Source: Chrysomallon squamiferum
Lineage: Eukaryota > Animalia > Mollusca
Direction: 5' to 3'
NCBI GenBank assembly: GCA_012295275.1
Contig: CM022667.1
Span: 4,092,001-4,156,000 of the forward strand
DNA length: 64,000 nt
The position numbers and the translations under genes were made by a program. Below, in pieces: positions 44,788-58,739 of this stretch (its first letter is position 1; each line of letters opens with the position of its first letter). Under the pieces are notes generated by a model that made no database searches, was not told the origin of the DNA, and saw only the letters and a list, made by a program, of their open reading frames with translations.

Positions 44788-45581
44788 CCACAATGTAGAT
44801 GACGACGTCACGACTCTAGTTAAACGTATACAAAACGACGACAGAGTGATTATTTTTTATTATTTTTCACTGAAAACAACAAAATAACAACTAGGAAGAT
44901 TGAATAATTTTATTTTTACACTTATTCACATCACCGCAATTAACATTCAGTTAATATAAAATGTCTGAAAACAATTGTCTAATTCATTTCTGTTCTGAAA
45001 CGAAGTCCTACAGAGACGTGACAGTCGTGTGTTGCAATAAATATGAAATAAATATAGAACAACGTCAAGACAACGTTGTATTAGGTTTGGACAAGTAACA
45101 TGGCATTTACTAAAGTAACCTTTATGAAGGAATTTTCTGATCGGCAATAATTGAAAACGTTAAATGAATCGTCTGCATTTGAAACAGACCAGACGACATT
45201 TGAGACGGCCATTGTTTTGAAAAATAAAGCTTTGTACTTCTTCAGTTCGGCAACCTTGTGACCTTTGTCGAATGAAAGAAAATGCCACACTAACAAAAGA
45301 AATTGACTAAAAACCAAAGTACGTAACCTTATAACGTTTATCAAGGTTACTCAGGTGAATAAGACCCCTAAGGGGAAATCTAAATGTAAACCATTGATCC
45401 AACACACACTGCTGTAGTATCAAAGGTATAACCAAGCTTAAAATGGAAAAAAAATAACATTTACAAGCAAGGTTTCTTGTAATGTAAAGAATAAAAGCCA
45501 AAAATAAAATCTATAATATTATTATTTGTTTATTTGTTTGTGTGTTTGTTTGTTTGTTTGTTTGTTTTTGTTTGTTTGTTT

Positions 45582-45867
45582 CTAGTCTACAATGGATTCG
45601 CTTTCATCCACTGGACGTCCGCCTGGCTGCCAGCTTGGTTGTGAAATGGTGGAGCCGCGGAAGGGAGACAAATCCTGCGTCTGGAAGATGAACGTGCTGT
45701 TTGTGTAGATCATTCGAGTCATTTCGTCGTAGATGGGTTTACTTTTACCTGAAACGTTCTATCATTGTTAGTGTAGTAGTAATGAACACACACAGACGCA
45801 CACACACACACACACAAACACATATACACACACACACACAGACGCACACACACACAAACACAAACAC

Positions 45868-45900
<33 letters not shown>

Positions 45901-46286
45901 CACAAACACACATACGCTGACATACACACACAAACATACACACATACGCAGACATACACACACTCACAGACAAACACACACACACATACAAACACACACA
46001 TATCTATAGACACACGAACAGCTATGCGCACATATACAACAATTGCGCGTATACGTGCACATCTCTCACCCCACCCCTTGTCCCGGCCCTAAAAATATCT
46101 TACCTTCTTTCAAAGCAAACAGGTACTGAAAAATACTTGTAAGATTGATCCACGTCATAATCGTCAAACCGTTTGGATACTCGAGCCATTTCCCTCTTAA
46201 ATTTAAACTCTTTGTAGTAGAAGTCAGAACACGGCCTCCTTTTTCTAGTCTGTCATAACAGCAACAACAACAACAACAACAACAAC

Positions 46287-46359
<73 letters not shown>

Positions 46360-49300
46360 GTAATAATAATAATAATAGTAATAATAACAACAACAATAAT
46401 AATCATAATCATAATAACAATAATAATAATAATAATAATAAAAAAATAATAATAATAATAATAATAATAGTAATAATAATAGTAATAATAATAATAATAG
46501 TAATAATAATAGTAATAATAATAATAATCATAATCATCATAATAATAATAATAATCATAATCATCATAATAATAATAAGAAGAAGAAGAAGAAGAAGAAG
46601 AATGATAAAGATAAAAATAAGAACAAGGACATTAATAATAATAAAAAAACACCTAATAATTATAAGAAGAAGAAGAAATATAAAGATGACAATAATAATA
46701 ATAATAATATTTTAATTTTTTTAGATGATGAAACAAGAAAAGATTGCCTTGTTTATTTATTTATATATTTATTTATTTGTTTATTTATTTGTTTGTTTGT
46801 TTTTAATTATTGTTTGTACCAGTTGAGGACTGCTTAAAACAGCGTAGCAATCTTCACAGGTACCAGTTATAAAAACCCTGATCAGCGGTTTAGGATTAGC
46901 GTCCATCGCTCCAACAACAAAAAAAAAAAAAAAACGAACCCAAAATGAAAGAATGAATAAATAAATGAATAATTAAATAATATTAAATAAAATAAAATAA
47001 ATAAACGTGACGCCCACCTCAAAGGTCGCAGTCTCATTGTGAAGTCTTTGTTAAATCTTCTCACGTCGGTCATTGTGATTTTCGTGTTCATCTTCCACTC
47101 GACCATTCGAAAATACTGGTGACCTGCCACACAAAAATAGTCATACGTCGCAAACAATGCACATCCCAATCAGTGCCCCGCCAGAATCCCCACTGCTGCC
47201 CACACAGTTCTGAGTATGACGTATCACACAAAGAAACAAACACCAGTAATAATATTATATAAATGTTATCTGGAAATCATTTAATGACTGCCAGTGGGCT
47301 ATTAAATTTGTTTTCCTTCACAAACACAAACACGCACACACACACGAACGCAAGCACGCACGCAAGCACGCATACACATACAAATAAACACACACATAAA
47401 GTTTATCTGTTGTTAAAAATTTTTCTTCAAGATGACTGTTTTTCTTTAGTTTTGTTATTTTCTTCCTTCCTTTTTTTTTTTTTTTTTTTCTTTCTTTTAT
47501 ATTATTTATTTTATTACATTATATATATATATATTTATTTATTTATTTATTTATCCGTCGCCATGGACACACAGACACTTACTAGGGTTGTACGGCTCTT
47601 TCGTAGTGACCACCATCGCGTCACAGGTTCTTAACCAGCCCGGCTCGCAGACGTCAGGCGTGTTGTTAAACCAGTCGACAGCGCCATCTACCGTCCCAAA
47701 CAGAAACAGCGCTAACGACGTCCTCGGTGGCCATCTGTCGTGCGTACCCAGAAGCTGCAACAACAACATCAACGACGACGACAAATTAAGAAGAATAAGA
47801 CGAACACGATAATGAATAATAACTGCAGTATGAAGAAAATACTGACCACGCTGAAAGATCGCTAAACAGTTATTGATATTACAAATAATAATATTCAAAT
47901 GTGATGTTTATACAGATACATAAATTATTACTAGCGTGTTGTCTATCAGATTCACTATGATTCTGAGTAAATTACATATTACAAAAGTGTACTACGCGTT
48001 TCCTGAATTGTTATTACAATTCGTCTTTTTTATTATTTATTTTTTTTTTGTATTTTTAGAATTTTTTTTTTTTTATTTTTTATTTTTTTTGCTCAGTTTT
48101 CTTGAATCGATAATCAAAACACTGTATAATTTAATTACAGTCAAATTATAGTAATATTTTATGCTGTAGGCCTATTCAGTGATAACGACAATGATAATGA
48201 ATTTATTCTTAAAAAACTGAAGGATTACAGAACAGAGAAGAATGTATTACAGATACATAGTAACAAAATTTAACAAAATAATAAACACAACTTTTAAAAT
48301 ATAAACATATTTTTGCTGTCAAACAAATTATTACATGAAAATATATTTGGATGTCTCGTATATTTTTATTTTCTACACTTTTTCTCGCATTTAATAATAC
48401 AGGATTAATACATTTAAATATATAACGATATTCTTCTCCAAATTCGTCAAGAATACAAACAGGAAATTTTCCATTTTCTACTAGAATATTAAACCATTGT
48501 CCAGTTTCAACAGAGAGGCATTAGAGTTTCTAAATTTACGTAAGAAATTATAAATTTTTTTTGGAGATAATTTTCAAATTTGAATTAATACCCTTTGGAG
48601 AAGTTTCAGATTTAATTTTTAATGTTGAAACCGATCATGTAATGTTTTGAATTTCAAATATCGACAATCCCGTTACTACGCATTTGTTGATGATTTCTTT
48701 AACAACAACTTAAAACAATAATCCTTGTGCAGTCTACGTGTCCAGGAGGTGGTGTGTCAGCGGATATTTGTTCCTGGTTTAGTTATCCTGGAGATATTTG
48801 TTCCTGGCTTGTTGTCAGGGGATATTTGTTCGTGGTTTGTTGTCAAGGGATATTTGTTCCTGGTTTTTGTCAGGGGATATTTGTTCGTGGTTTGTTGCCG
48901 GGGATATTTGTTTCGTGGTTTGTTGCCGGGGATATTTGTTCGTGGTTTGTTGTCAGGGGATATTTGTTCGTGGTTTGTTGTCAGGGGATATTTGTCGGGG
49001 TTAGTTGTCTAGAGGATATTTGTTATAACCAAAATGGCTGCCTTCCATTATTGTCTACCACAGTAATTGCAAGAACCAAGCGTTCTGTAGCTGCCCAGCA
49101 TGTTTGGAATCATCTAACGGACAAAGCACGTATTAGTTTTACCTGAGAGGCGAGTGCTATGAGTTTTCCGTCGTTTCTCTGTAAGGATTTCGTGTGTCTG
49201 TTCACGGTGTTTCTGAACTCCTTCAGTCTCGTGTCGGGAAAACGAATCAGCAACAAGCCATTCGAACCTTTTCTTTTTTTTATCTGAAAATATTTTTTCC

Positions 49301-49455
49301 AAATAGATAAATAAATACAAAAAGTAAGTAAATAAATAAACCAATATATTAATAAATACAAAAGAAAGTAAATAAATAAATATATTGATACACGAATAGC
49401 TTTCAGAGATAAAAAAAAAAACTTTATTTCGTCATACTTACTTGACGTCATCCAT
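45582..49455 (-). CDS. Uncharacterised ~245-aa protein with two DUF1330-like (dimeric alpha-beta barrel) repeats
   Basis: Five phase-compatible exons, 49283-49143, 47754-47583, 47123-47018, 46249-46104 and 45748-45582 (TAG), read open. Repeat 1: [32 protein letters not shown]. Repeat 2: [20 protein letters not shown]. The candidate start exon 49455-49442 does not join in frame at the obvious acceptor. The family call is by eye. Confidence 0.7.
48760..49022. repeat. 28-bp minisatellite (ggggatatttgttcgtggtttgttgtca), ~9 copies
   Basis: Head-to-tail array inside an intron of the DUF1330-like gene. Confidence 0.95.
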
Positions 49456-49661
49456 GTTAGATCGTTCAGCAGTTTCTTCAGATTATTTGTAATTTTATTT
49501 AATTTATTTCTTTAAAAATGTTCTTGCTTTTTTGTTTGTTTTTTTTAACAAATAATTCAATGACGTAAAAACAAGAATACCAAAAAGAAAATATCTACCT
49601 CTATTGATGATTCGCTAAACAAAACATTATCTTCCATATTATTTGTGTTACTGACGGCGAT

Positions 49662-49682
49662 CCTAAAGAGGGCGCTGATTGG
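49662..49682 (-). promoter_or_regulatory. CCAAT box with adjacent CTCF-like motif upstream of the DUF1330-like gene
   Basis: cctaaagagggcgctgattgg lies ~210 bp upstream of the candidate ATG. Motif resemblance only. Confidence 0.3.
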
Positions 49683-49939
49683 TGACAGTAAAAAAAAAAT
49701 GTCCACAATGGTACTACTGAGAAAGAAAGTAGCTAGTCTTTATTTCATAATTATCAGCAAAAATCATGTAATAAAACGTAAACAAATATTCATAAATGCA
49801 TTTAAGGTTAGATGAAAGCATCTTTCAAAATAGACCCCTTTAATAAACAAACAACAAAATCATAAAATATTTCTTTTAAATATGCCAAAAAACACACACA
49901 AAAAAAAAAAAAAAAATAATAATAATAATAATAAACAAA

Positions 49940-49981
<42 letters not shown>

Positions 49982-51547
49982 AATAGAAATTAAAAATAAA
50001 ACCAACACGCAATTTATTCAAGAACATGATTTTTATTATACGAACAACGTACATAATTAACACACTTGTACAGGATATGTTCTTGATAACAAAACACAGA
50101 TACCGTGTAACTCATTCTAAAGTACCTGTGCTGTATGTTTGTGTGTGTGTGTGTGTGTCTATGAATGGTGGGGGGTGGGGTGAAAACTAAGTGTGTTTGT
50201 CATTTATATATGTACATTTATGTCAACATTTGTTGTTTTCTTCTTTTTTTTTAAAGTCATTTTGTTTATAAAATTAAGTATTTTTTAAAGTCCTAATGTC
50301 ATTTTTATATATTTTTTTATTTTTTTAAATAATAATAATTAAAATTCTAATCACTGGAAGCACCAAGATAAGAAAAAAATAGGCTTAACATAAATGCCAA
50401 AGAATAATTTTGTACATCAGACTCATTCATTTAATGAAATTTTACATTCCTCAAACAGAATTTTGTCTTTTAATCTACAAGTACTTGTCCACTTTTTAAC
50501 TCTTTCCTTTGATGCTTTTGCTCATTCTTATTATTTGTTTTGTTTCTCCTTTCTTTCTTTCTTTCTTTTAAAAATATATTAATATTACAGAATAGAAAAT
50601 AAAAATAATATTTTTTTTTTTAACAAGAGCATTTTACTGGATTAAAAATGTATAATTTTTACTTCAAAATAATAATTGTTTTTCTTTTTCTTATTTTTTT
50701 TCTCTTTTATTTAATAAAAATAAAAACGCGAAGCCACTAACAAAAAGACTATCAACAAAGTTATGTACATGTCAAAGCTGGACATGAATAAATTACAAAC
50801 GTAACTATATACAGACACAGATTATTATAACTATAAAAAAACAAAACAAAAAAATCAACAACAGCAGCACTGAATCAGAAGTGATCATCGTATGGATACA
50901 AAAACCAATCAAACACGTTTTTTTCGTTCTCTGGAATGTTTAAATATAAACCAAACCATCCTTCATGTTTCTTGTTCAAAATTAAATTCTCTCCCCTGAT
51001 CACAATATTTCTACACAAGGTTATGGTTCTTGATCTTTCCTTCCCTAATAGTCGTAACATTCCACCTCGTTTTAGATTTGTCTACTTACCTTTTACTCTT
51101 CATACAGCCATTTCCAGATCTAGAACACGCACCACCTACAGTTTGTTTCTTTCTTGTATATTCCATTAAGCTACAAATTCCCTTCCCTCACAACAGTGTT
51201 TGGTCTAAAATAAAACTTCACCTACCCAACACTCCCCTAGGCTAGTAAATTACTTGTCAATACTGAATTCTCTCCTTCCCTAGTTATTATTATTATTATG
51301 ATGATTATTATTGGATACAGAACTCATCTGAGTTCATCGTTTTCTCTCTATGATGATCATTCTGATTCAATGCTGATGTTAAAAAGATAAACACAGGAAA
51401 ACACTGAAATTTCAGTCACAAATGAATGTACAAGTGGAAATGCTCAAGAAAATAGAAAATCTATGTTACACTGTAGATAGTTTTTTTTTTGTTTCTATGT
51501 ACATAATAACATATATATAGGCCTTCTGAAAATGGTCCATGCTATCC

Positions 51548-51602
<55 letters not shown>

Positions 51603-51766
51603 TAATAATTATTATTATAATAACAATAACAACATTAACTGTAAAAGCCAAACTACTGAATCATTATAAAATGATTTTTTTTAACACACTGCACTTGAAA
51701 ATAAATCAAGAGTCAAACAGTAAAGGGTAACCAATTAACTATGTTCAGAAAAAAAAAAAAAAAAAA

Positions 51767-51800
<34 letters not shown>

Positions 51801-51872
51801 GCAAGATGCTGGTAGTTGTAGTAGTCATAAACATAATCAGTGGTAGCAGTAGCAGCAGATATAGTAGTAGTA

Positions 51873-51925
<53 letters not shown>

Positions 51926-52407
51926 TTAAGAATAGTAATAATGATATAATATTAATGGTATTACTAATAAAAAGTAACACTATAAATTAGTGCAATTATT
52001 AGTTTAGTTAAGAATACAAAAGATAAGAATTTTTTTTTAAAAGATGTTCATAGTTATGCTGCAAAGGCTAACCTAGTTTATTAGTGACTGTTACATTATT
52101 AATGACTATTACTTCACTTCATTAGTGATATTACATTAAAACAAACTAACTTTATTAGTGACTGCTACATTATTATGTGCCCAGGATAACGTGCACAATT
52201 AGTTTAAATTAAAAAGCTTTACAAAATACACACAATAAAAAAAAAAAAAAAAAAAACGTTCAAAATCTGAAATATCTACATTTATATTAATTGTGTGCGT
52301 TAGTCTTTGTGTGTGTATGTGTATGTATGTTTGTGTGTTTGTTTGTCTTATGAGTATTTTAAGTTTCTGAGTTACAAGTTTATTATATAAGTAAAGCACG
52401 CAATTAC

Positions 52408-52439
<32 letters not shown>

Positions 52440-54215
52440 ATATTTAAAAAAATTATAAACATTTTCAATTTTTGAAAAAGAAAACGTCTTGTGCTGGCTT
52501 TCCTGTTAATCACATTTTTATTAATATTTTTTTACATCATAAAAAAAATATATGATATGTTACAACATTATCACAATGCAATTAATTATAATATCACATA
52601 TTTATACACTGATGTGTTGTTCATCAGATTGTCAAACACAAATACATTCAGAACCGGGTAAGATGTTGGGGCTGGGGCTTGTGTCATTGACAAACAACAG
52701 GCTATGCTGTCATTCATTCCACACTCAAACAAGGAAGGACTAGGACAAGGAGGGGAACAAGATTTTTTTTTTATCTTAAAAAAAAACAACACTTCAAATC
52801 TTTTGCAGCTTATGAATATAAAAACAACCGAACCATTTTCATTACACATGAGTAACGATTTCCAAAATAATACTCGTTACATTTCGAGTTTGTTCATTTG
52901 TCACGTAATTCATATTAAAAATCATATTAAAATCGTATTAAAACTGAAAAGATTATCATGAAACTGAAGAGAACACACAATAAAATATTATTAAACAGAG
53001 ATATGACAAATTATTTTTATATAACCGGTTATTGATATGCTCTGAAATATCTGTTTAAAAATATTGCTGCAAATTTTATACTTTTTACAGTTATCAGTAA
53101 AATATTTTTTTTAAATTAAATTAATCCATATACTATTGATACACAAATGTTTTTATTTTTAAATTTATGATCTTTATTATTAATAATAATATATAAAATT
53201 AAAAGAAAAAATAGAAAACCCAGAAAGTTTTATAAAATCTACTAGTGTGTATGTGTCATGGTCTTTTCTATATTTTAATTTCAACGACAGATTAAAGTCT
53301 AAGAAATTATTTAAAACATCCACATTTCTAATTTTAATGTTTCACCAATTATCAACCTGAAATAAACAGCATTAAAACTGCCATTTGCTGTGCTTCAGTG
53401 TGATTCGCACTTAAAACATGGATGCTTGCCTAGCTGATAGTTTCAAAACAGATTATTTATATTTTCTCAGTGTGCACGAGTCAAGGTTTGAGCACATTAT
53501 CCTGGGCTTAAAATTTTGAAAGGATCAGTTTATATTTATTTAATATTTATTTATTTAATTATTATTATTGTTATAATAATAATTATTATTATTAAAATTT
53601 ATTAAAGCCCATTGAAACAGTACACTAATTAACATTGAAAAGAGTTATTTCCTTTTTCCTAACCTCAAAATCAGTTCATATATATATATAAAAAAATATA
53701 AATTTTTTTTTAAAATAATAAAAAAAAATAATAAAAATAAAATAAAGAATGAGACAGAAGGAAAATCATTGATGACAATGTTGAGAACTGTCTACTTTCA
53801 TTCTGTAACTATGACTGCATTAACTGAGAGAGAAAAATGATAAAAATCTATAAGCCACGTGCCAAAGCAATGCTTATATTTGTAGTAAAGAGAACATTTT
53901 AATGTTTCTGCTTGTAAATAAATTAAAATCTTTTAAAATTAACTGACCCCATTAATAATAATAATTAAAAATACACATTTCTCTAATAACATAATTAAAT
54001 GTAGCCATTGGTCCCAATGAAGCTTTAAACCAATTAATAAATACTATTTAGTGATTAAGAAATAGGTCAAGTAATATCATATCCAGCTATTAATTTGTTT
54101 AAAAATTGAGCAAATATATTTTCAAACTTTAAAAATATGTTATCAGTGGATTTTTTAAAACGAAATGCTCCATTCTGAACACAGATATCTTCAATATATT
54201 TTTATCCAAGATATG

Positions 54216-54280
<65 letters not shown>

Positions 54281-56066
54281 AATAAAAAAATAAATAAAAA
54301 AAAAAAAAAAAAAAAATAAAAAAAAAAAAAAATAATTAAATTAAATTAAATTAAATTTAGAAATGATTAAAGTCACCATTCTGAACTGAAAGATACCACC
54401 AACCAATCAAAATTCAAAGACAAAAATAAAGAGATTAAAATCCAAAAAAAAATAATACAAAGGTGAAATTGTGCGTAAATTTCTTTAACATTTAAAACAA
54501 AAAATGACAAAAGAATTCTCTCTACACAGTTCAAATTACAATACTTAAATTATATACCAGTAATTTACAAGACAAATCAAATTGAACAACCATATCTTTA
54601 AATCTTTGGGTGAAAATCTTTAAAACAGTTAAAATAGTGGCTGAACACACATGTACAGCTAACAAATAGGCTATTTTAGTAAGTATGTTTCTAAATTGTT
54701 GTTTGACAGTATAAAATGCACTTCAAACCAAATAGTTTTAGTAAGAAAAAAAAAAAAAAAAAACTATCTTTATTATTAACAATAAACCAGTTTATAAATT
54801 TTAAAATTAAAAACTTCAATTAAATTTTTTTTAAATTGTTAGTGTCAAGATAGTTATTTTTCACAGTAATATTTTCTGCTGCTGTGATAAATATAATCAA
54901 GTAATCTGAAATTAATTATTTTCCTCAATAAATTAACACACAGTATTTTACATTTATTAAATGATATCGCTTTGTTTCTGTTAAGGGGAAATTGTTATTT
55001 ATTTTTTTCAGTTATCATGTAACGATCTACAGAACAGAGAAAATATCAAATTATTTATCATTACTAGTTACTTATTATTATGGTTGTCAGACTGAAAATA
55101 ATAGTCACTATATTTAATTTTACTACTAGTAATTCTCTCATTTTTTTAAATTTTAAGACAATTATGTAATTCTGGCATGTATATATATGAAATGAATGAA
55201 AATCAGAATGTAATATACAACATAAATATATAAAGATAATTACCAAAAAAACAAACAAACAAAAAAAAAACTTTTTTTACCACCTTCTTTAAAGTGAGAA
55301 TAAGGAAAAAATAAAAATATAGTAAGTTCGATAGGCTAGTTTTTTCATTGATAAAGAGAAAAAGAACAACCCATGTGTTATTAACAATTAACACACACAC
55401 AAAAAAAAAAACACTGCAACAAGAATTGGATATTTTCCTAACATTTATACTAGTTGTTAAAAAAACTTGTATTTACACACAATAAGGCAATGCGAGATAA
55501 CACACAAGGTGGTCTCTATATACAGGTGGAATCATTCTATACATAGTTGTCCTTTATTCACAGATGCTATGTACAAAAGCAGACTTTAGAAGATAATACT
55601 TGATAAAAATTGATCATAGGACTCTTGAGAAAGTTTTTGGCAATCTGAATGTTGTGCTGCCATTTTCCAAAAAAAAAAAAAAATTCTAATTTATTTTTTT
55701 TTTAAAAGAAAAGAAAGAATTTACTAGTACTGGGGCTGGCAAGATGCTTCAACCTTACAACACTTGCTATTTTGTTGTTATTTTGTTGTTCTGATGTTTT
55801 CTTAAAAATAAATATAGGGAATAAAGACTTTAACAATTACTTTGAATCTTCCGTTTCTTTAAAGAATTTTAACATTTCTTTTATTTGAGTGAAAGAAAAT
55901 ACAGTCTTTAGTATTTCTAGATTGAAGAAATAATAATAATAAATGAAATAAAATTAGAAAAAGTAAGGAATAAAAAAAAATAATCAAAGTAATACCTATT
56001 ATGACAAAGATGCTTATTTTATTGTAACTACTATGTTGTTGTTGTTATCATCATCATTATTCATTA

Positions 56067-56108
<42 letters not shown>

Positions 56109-56393
56109 CGTACACACATACTTTTTGGAGGATCTCTATTCTGTTACTTTTTGAAACTAATAAATTACATAAACATTCATAAATAGTAATAGTAATAATA
56201 AAAAATAATAATAATTATAGTAAATATAACATAAAATGTAAGAATGAAATACTGGTATATTTATTTTTAAACTACCAGATAAACTTGACTATTTCCATGA
56301 AAATACTTTTCTGAAAAATCACGAAGATTATAAAGAGTCCAGCAAATAAAAGAATTGTCTGACTCAACTGAAGAAAACAAATTTAGAAATTAA

Positions 56394-56441
<48 letters not shown>

Positions 56442-56603
56442 CAACAGCAACATTTCAAATAACAGTAATAATAGTAATGAAATACAATAATAACAACAGA
56501 GTAATAATAATTTCTTTGAGTCAAACAACTGAGAAATCAACAGAAAATTAAATTGCAAAGACAGATAAAAATGGACAAGTGTGGCAACGGTGTGAGTTAA
56601 AAT

Positions 56604-56663
<60 letters not shown>

Positions 56664-57115
56664 ATGTCTGTGTTTGAACAGATCTGCTGGAAGCTGTTGA
56701 ATGCAGATGTTAACAACACTACAATCACATTAACAAAGAAACTGATTAGAAAAGCTTTCTAACAACAATTTAGTTTTTTTTTTTTTTAAATACAAGTTAC
56801 CATCAATTCCAGATGGTGAACAAGATTAAAGGTTAAATAAATTAAGCCAAAGCACGAAGCCAAATATTAATCCTTGAATATTTAATTAAAAACCACCCTT
56901 ATTTACCCGTAACCAGATCAAAATCACCCTGATTCCTTATGAATATCATTGAAGTTCAAACTTAATTCTGATAGCCATTGTTCCCAGTGGTATATCAGTA
57001 TCAGTTAATTTAGATCTACCAGACATTCATAACACACTGATAAACTTTAGTATCTCATGAAGATAATTATCACTAATAAATAAAAGAATAGATAAATTAC
57101 TGACTCCAGCTAATC

Positions 57116-57207
57116 AAAATTGATATAGCTGCTAATGATATTTTTAAATTTTCTTTTTGCAGGTAATGAATTAATAAAATATCAGCCTCTGGAAGAAATT
57201 CCAAACT
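57116..57207 (+). repeat. Inverted copy of the HSF last intron/last exon junction (58880-58968)
   Basis: aaaattgatata..taatgatatttttaaattttctttttgcaggtaatgaattaataaaatatcagcctctggaagaaattccaaact matches the reverse complement of 58880-58968 with scattered mismatches. Confidence 0.9.
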
Positions 57208-57352
57208 GAGTTAACAAATGTTTTGTTATTCCTTGCAGATCCTTGCAATTACTCGCAAACACCTGGCTGAAGTTATACTATTCTTTACAGGCTTAGTGTT
57301 GTAATATTGTTATGTGAACTGTTAACTGTAATAACAATGTGCAAAGTGAAAC

Positions 57353-57403
<51 letters not shown>

Positions 57404-58739
57404 CCTCAAAAATAAGCATTATCTGCAAGAAATTAAAAATTTCCTTTAAACAAACAGACTCAAGACTTAAAATATGACTGGCAATGTAACATCGAGTAAA
57501 ACGTTTTGCATCATCATATTTTTTTACAGCACCTGACACCGGAATATTCGTCAATGTTTAAATTGTGTGTTTGTTTACTTTCACGACTTTTCTAAAAAAG
57601 TATAAAAAAAAGTAACATACATCAAGAATTATTAAAAAAATCTGGTATCTGACATTTTAAAAAAGGACAAATAACAAAACACCTGTTTTCAATACCATAG
57701 TATGAGACATCACTGAGGTCCTATATACAAAATTAATCAAGTCTGGAATATGAAGTAGGAAAGCATTGATTATAAGAATTCTGGGGAAAAAAAAAAAAAA
57801 ATGTCTTGCTCATCAATGTATAAACAATTAAATGCAGATTATGTTTCAAAAGCACAACAACTTTTTTTGATTTTTCTTACTTTGTTAAAGTTTCAGCAGA
57901 TATTTTAAATTCAACAAGTTTATAAGCATAAATAATGTGAATGATTAAAAATTAATCAGAATCAATATTTCTGTCAGGTTATTTTTATTATTATGTTTTT
58001 ATTTTATTTTATTTTTATAAAATTAATCACTAATAAAAATTCAGATAAATTTGTTACATAAATCTTGTTTTGTATTTAAGAAATAACTTTCTTTTTCTTT
58101 TCTTATTTTTTAAAAAATCAATATTAATATCCAGGAAAAAATCAATAAATAAATAAATAAAAAGCAAAATGAAAGTTTTAAAACAAAATTTTCATCTGCT
58201 GAATAATGTGACTAAAATGTTTTATTACAGAAAGTGTTGATTTAATTAACTGTAGTACTGTGAAACATTACTAATAAAATCTTTATCCCTGCTACTAATA
58301 CTATTTATAGTAAGTTTACAATCTTTAGATATAGTATTTACTTTCTACACATCATGCTGACACATTTATCACCTTATTTGTAGCACTGTCACATTATATA
58401 ATGTCACTTATTAATAGCGCGTCTTGTTTACAAAACTCACAAATTGTCAAGCTTCACTGTTATTTTTATCGTCATAATCTTTAACAAAAATTCCATTACA
58501 AATATTGGACTGAAGTTACAAAACATGACATTGCAAAACAAATAAATGTATATATATAAACAAAAAAAAAATGAAAAAAAAAAAATGATAGTCACTTGTT
58601 AACAAATAGCTGGGAGCTGTATTTTCTTTTTCTTTTTGCTTTTCTTCTCTTTCTCTCTTCTTTCTTCAAAGAGATGTCACTTTTAAAAATGCACAGACAT
58701 TTTTTTCACGACAATAAAGAGTCTTTTTCTCTCTCTCTC

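Noticed and set aside
46104-46249. Alternative open frame [15 protein letters not shown].. in this exon
   Set aside because: It is not phase-compatible with the flanking exons, whereas the LEKGGRVL frame joins both neighbours.
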